Shown piece after piece: positions 1 to 12,500 of a stretch of 64,000 nt of DNA (position 1 is its first letter; the number at the start of each line of letters is the position of its first letter). A program made the translations under genes and the position numbers. The notes under the pieces are model-generated. The model was not told where the DNA came from and did not search any database. It saw nothing but the letters and a program-made list of their open reading frames with translations. The stretch is from NCBI RefSeq assembly GCF_964355755.1, contig NC_092673.1, positions 7,006,001 to 7,070,000 on the forward strand. Direction: 5' to 3'. The stretch is from Antedon mediterranea. Taxonomy: Eukaryota > Animalia > Echinodermata.

Positions 1-940
1 TGGTTTTCTTTGTCTTTGCGAGTTTTGTCGCTCCATTTGACATCGTGGTCTATTGCAATAACTCTGAAATTTGCAATCGAGTGACCAGCTGAATTAAAAT
101 GTTCGGCTACAGGTTGATCAAGCTTTAATGTTTTGATAGCTGATCTATGTTGAGTCATTCTCATACGGAGAGTGTTTTTTGTTTCTCCGACGTACTGTTT
201 GCCACAAATATTACAGTATATGAGATAAATGACGTTTTTGGTTAGACAATTAATTGATTGTCTTATCCGAAAAATGCGGCCAGTTTGGTTACTCTCAAAT
301 GTTTCAGTAGAATCAACCAATGAACAAGTTTTGCCAGATTTGCCGCAAAGGTGACTGCCCAAATTTTGGCTGTCATGAGAGTTAATTTCACTCTTAAATT
401 TGGATCTGACTAATATATCACGAAGGTTGGGAGGTCTACGAAATGCAATAATGGGTGGTTCCGGAAAAACAGTCCTGAGACGTTCTGTGGACTGTAGAAT
501 GGGCATATGTTTCTCAATAATAGCCCGTAATGGAGGCAACCTAGGGTGGTAGGTTGTGACCAATGGCACTCTGGTCGATTTTTTTGGCTGACGTGGTTTG
601 TACGTCAGTGTTTGACATCGAGGAATATCTTTTGCTTTCTTTATAGCAGTTTCGATGTATTCCTTCTTGTAATTTCTATTCCGGAGATGTCCGGTTAGTT
701 CTTCGGTACGATTCTGAAAATCTAAATCTGAAGAACAGATACGTCTGATACCGTAATGCTTGACTGTACGGTATGTTTTTAGTACAGTGTTGGGGGTGAC
801 AACTGCTAGGGAGCAGGTACATATTTTTATCCGTGGGTTTACGGAATAGGTCAGTTTTGAGTGTACCATTTTCTATGGTCACTATAGTGTCCAAAAAATC
901 AACGCTACTAGTGGATTTGGTAGCTGTAAATTTGATAGTT
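1..940 (-). mobile_element. Penelope-like retroelement fragment (RT C-terminus plus GIY-YIG endonuclease), 5'-truncated and frameshifted; duplicate of part of 47007-48421
   Basis: The minus strand encodes TDLFRKPTDKNMYLLPSSCHPQHCTKNIPYSQALR and VIYLIYCNICGKQYVGETKNTLRMRMTQH. Matches 47482-48421. Confidence 0.9.
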
Positions 941-1576
941 ATTATTATAATTATACAAATAAACTTTATACTGACCCTCTCAACATTATTATATACAAAT
1001 AAACTTTATACTGACAGTTCCCTCTCAACGTTTGTATTAATTATTAATTAATAATTATCAATAATATAAACGTCGTAGTGGTGTATCGTGACATGTACTT
1101 TAATATTTCAATCGATTATGACATTGACAGTTTTAACAAAGTATTAAATCGCAAATGTTTTACTGTATTTAGAGGTATATTATTTATAGGCCTATAAAAC
1201 ATGAACAAAATATTTCGTTACTGAGTGGATAAAGAATATATTTAAAAAATTTTCCTCTTTGTACCTATCCGCTTTCCCATCCCTCAAACCTAATGTTACA
1301 TACAAAACACAAATTGGGTTTCTTTAAATGAGTCCAAATCAAAAATTTGGACTCATTTTGTGATAAGTTTCTCCTTCGGAAGTAATTCCCAGGGTGCTAA
1401 TTTTAGTTGAATACATAAATCATCGTGTCTATTTATTCGTTTCTGTAAACGACAATGTATTATATAATAGTACATTTGAAATCGCCAGTTTTGTTACGCT
1501 GAAATTACTGTGTATTCGAGAACCATCTGTGGGCACGACCTAGATGGTACGCGAGCGAAGCAAGCGTACCATCTAG
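941..1576 (+). mobile_element. 3' part of a non-autonomous Helitron unit
   Basis: Ends in the hairpin CTAGATGGTACGC..GCGTACCATCTAG|T. Same family as 43797-49057. Confidence 0.8.
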
Positions 1577-3285
1577 TACACTAAAATAACTGTATACATA
1601 CTACATACAGTGCAGAATAGGTGGAAATAACGGAATCCGCCTTTAATTCCAAATTTTAACATGATGACGTCATCATAATGAAACGCATAGATAGCATTTT
1701 TAGAAGGAAATTATCTGAGCAACAACATATTAACGTGTTAAAGGAATTTGGATACGTATAATATGGATGCATGAACTATGACGCAAAATATGAAAATACG
1801 ACTTTTAGTTTTATAATTTAACAGGCCATATGACGACGTCACAACATCCAAGTGTTTCACGCTTTTGATTATGATGACGTTATTAAAAATGTTAAAAATG
1901 GTAAATCATGCGAAAGATAATTGATTGACCTAGAAAATATCAAAATATGGGAGGAAAATGGAATACGGATAAGTGGAGATGCGCTCTATTAAATGTGATG
2001 AGCTATGACGAAAGAGACAAAAGTCCTATATTTTATATTCGAGTGGCCATACGATGATGTCACAATGTCCGGTTAGCCATATTGATGCATGATCCAATAT
2101 CTACAACTCATTTACTTCCACAGAATATGTAATAAAAATAATCTTCACCATGTGGTTTAGAAACATGACTGTTAAAATAAATGCATACTTTTGACGAATT
2201 TTTGAACTTTTTCATCAAAAACGCGCGCGAATTGTCCAATTCGAAGTGCTCGAATGACGTGATTCGAAATCGAAATTGTTTACAAGTTGGTATAATTACT
2301 ATAAAAGACATAATTCACGCGGAAAAACATGTTTTTACCGCTAATTTGCGCTCGCGTTGAAATTCTTACATGCTAAAAATGACATGAAACGCATAGAAAT
2401 TGATTCTCATTTTAAATTTGTAAACGCGCGTGCGGGCGTAACTTTTTGTGAAACATGGTATTCTTTTTCCACAAAAAGTTATCGCATGTTTTAAATTACA
2501 CTTTGTTTCAATTAAAATTGTTATATGGTTGTCGATCTATGTTAAATACGCAAGATTCATAAAATCGCGCGTAACTAACGCTGCGCGACTTTAAAGTCAT
2601 ATAACGAAGTTTCTTGCACAGGTCAATCTTATGACAAAGTTATACAATCTTATTAGAGAGAGGGAAAAAAGAAGAATATAGAAAAAAAAGACGGGCATCA
2701 TCTTATATTGATTGTAAGGTTCGGAAACAAAAAGATAGTACATTGTTCACTGTTTCCTGGTAGAATGCAGAATACACAAATCAGTAAACAGGTGTATAGT
2801 GTGCAGAGGTACATTATAGGCCTACAGTATTTAGAAAGATAAAGTTAATAAATAGACATACTGTGTTCTTCTTTATATTTCAGGGTCTCTGTTTTTAAAT
2901 TTAAAACAAGACATTTTAAAAAGAAATTTGCAAAGTCATCACAAATAATATTAGTGTTCACTGAAAATGAATGTTTGAAAAACATGCAGTCACAGAAAAG
3001 AAACATATTTATTAATTGTTAATATACATCTGTATGCTTGTCCTTGTTTTTTTTCTGTAAATATATTGAAGTAATAGACTTTTATTATTTTATTTATGAA
3101 CATTATTATGTCAGTTATTTTCCGTCTGGTATAGGACATAATACTGCATTTCATAATCGTAGATAGTCATGTCTTGTCTTATTTTAATGTTATCCGACTG
3201 AAGCTTACTAATAATATGATAGTGTTCATTTGATATTCTTATGCATCTTTTTCTTATGGTTTTGTTTTTCTAATCAATTGCACAG

Positions 3286-3528
3286 AGGACTTTGTCCTAA
3301 TAACTGATAAGGATGAAGATGTCATTTTCAAATCGACTATACCAGAAGGGATTTGTCAGCAAAATCTTGAATTTTCTCCCATCCGTAATATAAACACAGC
3401 GTGGGGTGTATCTGTAGCGTATGACCCCATAGACGACCGTGTGTATTGGACGGATATATCGGGTGATGAAGGCATATATCGATCATATCTGGACGGAACA
3501 AATATAGAAAGAATTGTCACTGCTGACG
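3286..3528 (+). CDS. Copy A exon 2, YWTD propeller (DFVLITD...VAYDPIDDRVYWTD...IYRSYLDGT)
   Basis: cacag| acceptor and |gtgag donor, 243 nt, canonical YWTD motif. Confidence 0.92.
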
Positions 3529-6500
3529 GTGAGAATAGAAGTATAAATATTAATATACTGGTATCCCTCCAAATAAAGACCACTTTTATGACCAGCGTTT
3601 CAATGGTCCAATTAGTGTATCTGGTCTTTAATTAGAATCAATCCTATCAAAGTTCGGAACAGAGGTGATCCTTAAAATACTTTATTCGTCAGAGCGTTTA
3701 TCTTGTTCCACGAACTATGATGGTAAATGTATTCAGGTTGTGCGTGTATGTAAGTTGTAATCATGTTTGTGTGAAGTATTTGTCTGGTTTTCAATGACTG
3801 TTCTACCTACACATGCATTGATTATAAAAGTTTATTGGTCTTTAATTGGAGGGAAAATTTGAAGAGAAATGGTCAATTGGTTCCACTCAAACCGTGGTCT
3901 TATGTTCAAATTAATGGGAATTTTTAACTGGAGATAGCAGCTAATGGTAAAAGATAGATCGTTCGGAACCGCAGTGCAACGGTCTTTAAGTGGAGAGAGT
4001 CTTTAATTGGAGGGAGACCTGTATTACTTGTTCTCTCGTCTACCTTATGTTCATTTTTGTTGTATATGTCTAAGAATATTTCTTCTTAGGCCTAATTCGT
4101 GGCAGTTTAAAAACCTTCGCAGAGTGTTGACAAAGTGCGAGGCAGCAAGGCACGCGAGGCCCGCGAGGCACGCCAAATATTTGTGCGAGGCACCACTTTA
4201 ACATTTCCAAAAGTGCGAGGCATGCGGGGCATATAGTTTACAATTTCAAAAAGGTGCGAGGCATATCTTAACGTGCTATTATGCTATATTATAGGCCTAA
4301 TAATCAATCGATACAAGCGTATCTAAATAGATTCGTGTATACACTCATCATGTTGTTTATTTTTATGTAACGATTGTTTTTTCATTCAAGTCATATCGTA
4401 TCAAATTTTACTATTACAAAAGTGCCCAAACTACGGTTCAAAAATCTGAACGACAGTCTTCAACTTTCGATAAACAATAATTGTTATAGCGACACACTCA
4501 TCAAATGACTGCCATGTTTGTTGGCATTTCGAGCGTGTTCACTTTACAATTAATTTAACATGTCTCTCGAACATAGCAGAGTGAAAATAATATTTTGTCA
4601 CACCCCTGCGCCTCGATCCGGTAGACCCGAGATTCTGCCCTTAGCTCAGAGGATTCGGCCTTGTGGCGCATTCCCCTCCTATAGCACGTGGTTTCAGGAG
4701 CAACGCACAGACTTCTCTCTGAGCGGCGTACCAAAGACATTTTTTACATTCCATTCTCTAGGAAATCAACACGTGTACCTCTCTCGCAAATAAGGTGAAC
4801 AGCGATTGCCAGGACAAGTTCAATAACTGGCGGTGAATAAAAGGTAACTGATATGCCGATCAAATAACATGCCGCAAAGAAAAAAATTGCGAGAGAATTC
4901 TGGAGCGCGTGTGAAAAAAGACTTACGTCCGACAATTGTAATACTAGGCCTAAAATTAAACTTTAGCTAATATGCTTAGCCCTAACCTAGATAAGAGGCC
5001 TATGTAGAAAATAATTTAATCAATTTTGATTTAATAATATTTGGTGTAATATTTAATAATGATACACTATTCCTGTTTCAGTAAGCTAGGTATATTACGA
5101 ACGATTTTTATTTATTGTTGTCCATGTACGTACTAATAAACCTGGCACTAGTTTCCTTCGCTTGTATTTTTACTCCAAATTTGATAACTAACTTTATCGT
5201 GTGAATACCACACCTTAGAAGTATACCTCATGAGTATTTTAATGAAAGAATCACATAAAAAGTAACAAATAAATCCTTAAATTAATGATTTTACAGGCGT
5301 GTTTCTCGCACACTGTTCGCGAATTTCACTTATTCAATGTTCAATATTTTTGTTTCTATGGAGCGCCAAAAGAGCAACGATAATAGAGGACTAAAACTCA
5401 GTGGAATGCGTCAATTTCTCATGCATTTATTGGTGAAAAACACGTTTCATTTCAATATATTTGTTAATTTGTCAATAAAAATGTTGTAATATGTTACTGC
5501 TGATACTGTTTTGTTTTCAAAGAATAATAATCGATCCTAAATCAACATCACTACCTAGTCTAGACCTAGGACATCCTACTAAGGATATTCTGATGAATTT
5601 TTCTATGTTATTCTTTAAAAGGTTAACGAAACCGTGTACATTATCAACAGTAACATTTTTCCTTACTGACAGTGACAAAATCTATTGAAATTGTACTTGA
5701 TTTTCACCAAATAATGCGTTAAATATAAATGGATTCCACAGAGTTTTTAGCCCTCTAATTAATTTTGCTCTTTTGGCGTTCCATAGAAACCAAAATATTG
5801 AACATTGAGTGTGCGAAATGCGAGAAAAACAACGTCTGTAAAATCACCAATTTAATGGATTTATTGTTACTTTTATGTGATTTTTTTCTTCATTAAAGTA
5901 GGCCTACTAATTCTAAGCTGTGGTATTCAGGATAAAGTTGGTTAAAATACAAGGCAGATGCAAAAGGAAACTAGCCTAGCGGGCCTCGGCCTAGGCTACT
6001 TCAATTTCGGTGATTTCCTGCCTTGCAATTTTGAGAAATGATAAAATGATGCCTCGCATTTTTTGATGATGGTAAAACGATGCCTCGCATAAATTTCTGA
6101 CTTGCCTCGCATGCCTTCCCTACCTCGCGTGCCTCGCTGCCTCGCACTTTGTTACTACCCCACACAATGTCTTGTTCGGCCTCGTATAATCCGTAATATA
6201 AGGCCAAAAAAAAAAAATTGTGTTGGCCACGTTTTTGGTAAATCCCAAAAATGAGTAGGTCGGTAGGAAAAGTTTTTTTTTTTTTTTTTTTTTTTTTCCA
6301 GACCAAAAATATGTTGCCGCCAAAATAATAAATAATTTACACAAATGATACAAAAAGACTTTTTAAACACTTTTCATAGCACCATATGCTCATGCTAGCT
6401 ATAATAGACACGTTTCGCGCTCGCGAGGTCACCGTCAGTTTGACCTTTTAGTGGGTATACAATGGTAAACAAACACAGCGAGAGGTATGTTAAAGCATGG

Positions 6501-9500
6501 GAGAACTCAGACTGAGAGATGATCATCTTAAAAAGCAATCGTCAAAACTAGCCTTTGATGGAATGGCATGGTAAGGATGTTATTTATTTTCTAAACTTAT
6601 GTTTTATATTCACTGTAGAATTATTTGGGCATTTGGTTCGGAATCATCGACTTTATTTATGTATTGTCATTTTTGGTTTGACACATCATATAATATATTA
6701 CGGTGCATTTAATACATGTTAACTGTTGATTTTATTTACAAATGTTTCGTAAATATATTAATTATTATCTTTCATTCTTCTTCATGCTCCTATTGCATCT
6801 TCCATGTATTATGTGATGTTCTTCGGCGCTTAAACAGACACCCAAGCCTCCTAGGCCTAGTAGACGAAGTACCGCATCAGGCAACGCCACCGGGCGGGCG
6901 GAGAGACACGAGCACATCGTGGACGTACCTTTCCTTGAAAAATTTCCAAGATTTTGCGCCACTATCCTTCGGAGCCGACGCAAACCACTCAGCAAGTGTT
7001 TGAAAATTAAAAACAGGAATATTATTCAGTGATTTTGTGTAGTTAAATTCACGATTTATCCAACATATACAACATTTATGACGCACCTTGCAACAAAAGC
7101 ACTCGGCAGTTGCCATTTCGCTATGCTTCAACACGCACTAGGCGAGAGGTGTTCGGTTTGTTTACAAATCTATACCCACTATTTCTGATTGGTCGCGAGC
7201 GCGAAACGTGTCTATTGTTTCAACAAAAGTTTAAAAAAGGTTTATCAAATAAACGTAGGCATATTTTAGATGAAAAATATTGAGTTTTATATTGTTTTAT
7301 CCATACGTAATTACACTGGCATTAAAGATATAACATTAAAATGTAGGCCGTTATGAGCCATATATTTCGGCGATTTCTTATCGCGGGGAAATTCCCCCAA
7401 CAAGAAACATCGATCGATCAAGAGGTCCGCCGGCTAGTACATGCCGGAACAGATGGATTATCGCTATATAAATAACAAGCTTGAACAAAAGAGCTTACGG
7501 CAATCTTAGGTAATTTTTTATTAAACGTATATAGGCCTACTTGCTTGGCGAATCCCTGACTTTTACATCATTTAACAAGTTCGTAATCGGATCGTAGTAC
7601 TGTACAGTAAAACCAAAAATCACCGCATCAACAACCTCGTGCGCGATGTGTACGATCTGTTGTTCAATTCTTTGCATGCTGCAGATCAACATTGGTAGAG
7701 TCCATTAATTAAGAGGGTGTTTAAAAATGTGATAACTATTAAAAACCTGTCTCAACCACTGTGTAATTCAAGGCGTTTATTGAAGTAAAACTTAGATACC
7801 CACAAAATTGATAATCGCGTATTCTGGTTATCACGTGATTGGTTCACGGTTGGTTGCACGCTTCTTTTTCACTCGTTCGGCGGAGGTGAAATATGTTCGC
7901 CAATTTGGCAAATAAGACAATATTTTTCACCATTTCGTTTCACAATTGCCGTTTAACTCCCAAAAAAAAAAAAAAAAAAAAAAAGCCGACCTTCATTTTC
8001 GTCAGTTTAGGGTCGGTTGGGCGTGGCCAACACAATAAAAAATTAGTTTGGCCTAATAGCCATGTCGAACAGATATTAGGATCGAGATTGACGCTAACCA
8101 GTCGGGCAGCAAAGTGGTTGACCTCACGAATTATTACCAAATCAAAATTTGAATTGCCGCCATCTTGGAATCGCGATAAAGCAAGTAGTGCGGAATTACA
8201 AAATGCAGCAAAAAAATGTTCAATAACATTTAAATAGCATATTCATACAATTAAATTTATATTAATAAAATTCAACTAAGGAGTTTACGAAAGATAGGCT
8301 ACTTAAGAAATACTGCCGAGATCGGTTCCCCCACACGGCGTAGGGTACCGCAGTGCTAAGGGGCCTAGGTAGGAAAAAATCTGATTTTACCCGTTAAACA
8401 TGCTTGAACCAAGGCCATTTTAATATATATTATCCAGATTATATATCAAAACAAACTGATAAAAGGATTTGTTGATTTGCTTCTGATGAGAAAAGTGCCG
8501 GATTCATTTCGCTGACGGCGAATGAATACACGAATTTTCGCCATTTTCTAGCACTAGCCTTGGGTACCCAGACAGCTGATAACGATTATATTCGATTGTC
8601 CAGACGTCTCTGCTACTGGTGCTCAATACTACAGTATGTATTACCATGGACCTATAGGTCCATGGTATTACTGTACATATAGTACTGTATGTTTAGTTTT
8701 TGCTTTCTTTATGGCAAAATAAATATTTAATTTTTATTATTGCTTATTTTCCTTTAACTTTATCCAAGAAGTACATATTATTATAAATATGCATATTACA
8801 GTCAAGTTGCAACTGGTACGAATCCACTCCACTTTGGTTACTAACTAAATAATTAATACAGTAGTATAACCTCATATAACTAACAAACAAATTAACAAGT
8901 TAATAGATTAACCACCATTAAATAATTTTATTTACATGTAATATCTTGTTTACATCGAAGTAAAATATGCCTATCAAACTATCTTGCTCAGGCTAAAATA
9001 TCAAGTTATATATGTCAATATTTGAGTTAAATCATCGCGATAATAAACATTTTTATTTATTTTTTTATTTTTAAAGACATCTGTTACGTACATCAATTTA
9101 CAAATATCAAAATAGGATTGTTTTTGCAGCAAAAGATGAATCACAAGTCAGATAGTTTATTCTTAGAAACCTGAAAGAAAAAAAACACCAATATTACAAT
9201 AATGAGCTATTCATAGTTAAATAATTTTAATGTCAACTTTAGTCATCCTAAATTGTGTCGCCATGATCACTACTACTATACTGTATATATAAATATCATA
9301 CTATGTACGACCATCCAAATTACCTCATCCTACCTACAGTCCTTCCTAGCCTAGGCTACATTATTGTCATTACAAACCTCCAACAGCCACAACATATTTT
9401 CTTTTCTTTGGCAAAGAATTTCCCGTAATATAGTCCTAAATTAATTAAATAAATTAAAAGGTCTAGGCCTAGGACTTTCTTTAAATATCCGACGATATAT

Positions 9501-12500
9501 ATCCATAATTCAGTGGATATAGATTCAACATTTTAAACATAATATGGCTTCACATTGATTATAATAAGTCGGCGATATGCCACTAAAAACTAGCCTGCGG
9601 CCCTCTCTATCCCTCTACAAATAGCACTGGGTTTCCGTCAAATGGGCTAGCCTAGGCCTAGATAATACAAGTTGGGTACATTTTTTTACAACCAAATAAT
9701 CTACAATTACATTGCAATATTTACCAAACTAGCACCAAATCCAAAATAATAAAGCTACTAATAACATATTTTGGTATATTAACTGGTTTAAAAACGGATT
9801 GCACATAGTGATTTTGAAGGATTGAAATTACTCAACCACACGGCCTGTACTAAACATACGAATCCAAGATGGAGTCTGCTTAGAATATATCCCCAGCTTT
9901 GAACGGATATTGAATCCGTCCCACAAGCTGAACCAAGCTTAAACTTTCAGAAAAGATAGATTAATAACCTAATAACCAACCACTAAGTTTTTATAAAGGT
10001 TCCGTGCTGATGAGAAAAGTGCCGGATTCCCTACGAAACCAAACAAATAAATCATGTAGCCTACCTCAACGAACACCTCCATCTGCACTTTTTTCTTCAA
10101 TAAGCTCTGTCGTCATTTCCTGGGCTATTTATACCAAAATTTTGTGGCGGGAATAATCTTCCATATTAGGAGTAACAATTTCCAAATATAGAAAGATATA
10201 ATTTAACCCGGATGGTGGAAATTGCAGCAGATTTGTAAGGGTATTCCCATGCAAAATGCTTGCCGCGAAGTGAAAAGCGAACCGGAAGTCACTATAACTT
10301 GGCGATGCTCAGTGACCTGCGCAGTTAAAAAACAGCGTTGTAACGACCTCTGGTCGCGGAGTTAGATTCAGGTAGACAACAACAAGACTACACACAATAT
10401 ACTGCTTATTCCTTATTTTTATTTCCTCCTTTAAGCTGTCAAATCTATGATGCATGTAGCTTGTGGCGTTTCTAATAGGAAACAGACAAATATAAATGCC
10501 TATGTTAACATACAGCAGTACCATGTTATAACGAATCATGCAAATAACAACAATTTAAAGACGATCCCTGTCGTCTTAGTAACGTCAAAACTCTCAATGT
10601 ACAGCCCTCTATCGGCTTACACAGAACAACGTATATGTGTAATAAATCACAATACTGTATATATAAACACTTAAATAATTCTCTGTAAATTACACTTGAG
10701 ATGCTGATTACATAATATAAATGCCTTCCTTACTATACAGGACTATACAGATATGGCCTACAATTGCTATATCAACATTAACACATTGAAATTAATGAAC
10801 GTCTTGACCAGCCTCGTGGCAACAATGATGTAGGCTATCTGGCCTAACCTAGCCGTTCATATTATCATAGATAGGCAACGAGTAGGAGAAGGCTTAGGGC
10901 CTTTCCAACTACTATAAATCAAACAATAACTCAATAATATCAATCTAAAGTTAATAATAAACCGGATGCTCACCAAAACCTATGGTCTTTCTCCGCGTAA
11001 CAAATTTATAATAGTATATTATCAGACGCCTATGACAGATGGTCTCATCCTTGCGACCATTTTATGTCTCCTCCTACAACAACCTTAGGCGCGCACATGT
11101 CTTATTCCCAAAAACAGGGATCATCTAAAAAACTTGCACATGAACGAAAAACAATGTTGAAATGAAATGCGCCCTCCATATAAATATACATATAGGACCT
11201 TACAAGCGTTTTAACGGTTAAATGAGCACTTTGCTGCTCGAGTGTAACGTGGAGGATTGTTTTTAATTGTATTTAAACGTTATTAAAGTATTATAACATC
11301 CCTCTTTAAATTAGAAATTCGCTCAATGACACTGGACACGGTTAATCGAAAGATTTACTATGTCAATATTGTGGCAGGATCACTTCTGAAAGCAAACTTA
11401 GACGGCTCCGGAGGTGAAACAATTAAAGGGTATATTGCAGCATCATCGTCCCAGACCAGAGGTTTAGTGGTCAGTGTGGAACATGAGTAAGTATATACTA
11501 AATTATTTTATCTTATCCAATAAATATAGGCAACATCGCCTGACAGCCGCTGTAACCGTAAGGTGATACAGACGCCACATATGATACATACTGTACTACT
11601 ATTTGCCTATTATACTAAACATACATTTAAAGAGAATATGGGATCGTCTTCCGGTTTGTTGATCTAGATAGGCGCTACACTGCCGACTTCCATGGGGCCG
11701 CGCACGGAGGGTTATGGTCCTATCATTAATTAAGTTCAGGCAAAAGAATGATATATTTACCGCGTTTGTCTTAATATGTTTCTACTTTTTTCCAGCCTGT
11801 GCTTTTATGGAAAAAGACTTAAAGTAATCCGTTTTCAGTTGTCTTCACCGGTAAATGAATTACAGTACACCACAACAGACTGGGTTACTGCTGTCGCTGT
11901 CGATTTTACAGGTTTCAGTTGTTTTTTTTTTTGTTAATAGAAGGGAAAAGATAACTGATATCAGCTTAATTTGAACACGAAACTATTATGAATGTTTGAC
12001 ATTAAAGCTTGGTTCCCACTAGCACGCAACGCAAAGACGAAAGCTGCAACGCAAGCAAATTAAACAATAACAAGCGATGGATTATTCGAACTGTCGCTTG
12101 TGATTTGTCAATTCACTAGGGTTGTGCTTACGTCCTTGCGTTGCATCCTAGTGGGAATGGTGAATTATCGTACTAACACACAGTGGTCAGTATATCCTCT
12201 AAATCGATAGTTGTTTTCATACAGCCGGTTCTTCGTCAGAATTCGTCAAAAATTCGACAAATTAGAAAAATAAACAAAGATACAGCTTGTTAAGATCCTT
12301 TGGTTAATTCGGTTATTAATAGTTAGATGTGTTTTTTATTAGGATTATTTCCCAAGAAAGTTCGAAAATAATGGACTATATTCTTTAGTTAATTTCAAAT
12401 TCTCGTCGTTGGTATTGCCAGATGGGCCTTTATATTAGTCCCCTTCTTTGGAACACCCCTATTCATGGGACACCTCTATTAATGAAACACTTTCCCACGA

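Noticed and set aside
1600-2700. Probable interspersed repeat rich in ATGACGTCA and CGCGCG motifs in intron 1
   Set aside because: I could not define termini or a family from the sequence alone.
5491-8237. Short ORFs with poly-Lys or poly-Phe runs
   Set aside because: They are translations of homopolymer tracts inside transposon ends.
8483-10040. CTGATGAG...CGAA motifs at about 8483 and 10008 as hammerhead ribozymes
   Set aside because: No stem II closes between CUGAUGA and GAAA. Treated as an internal direct repeat.
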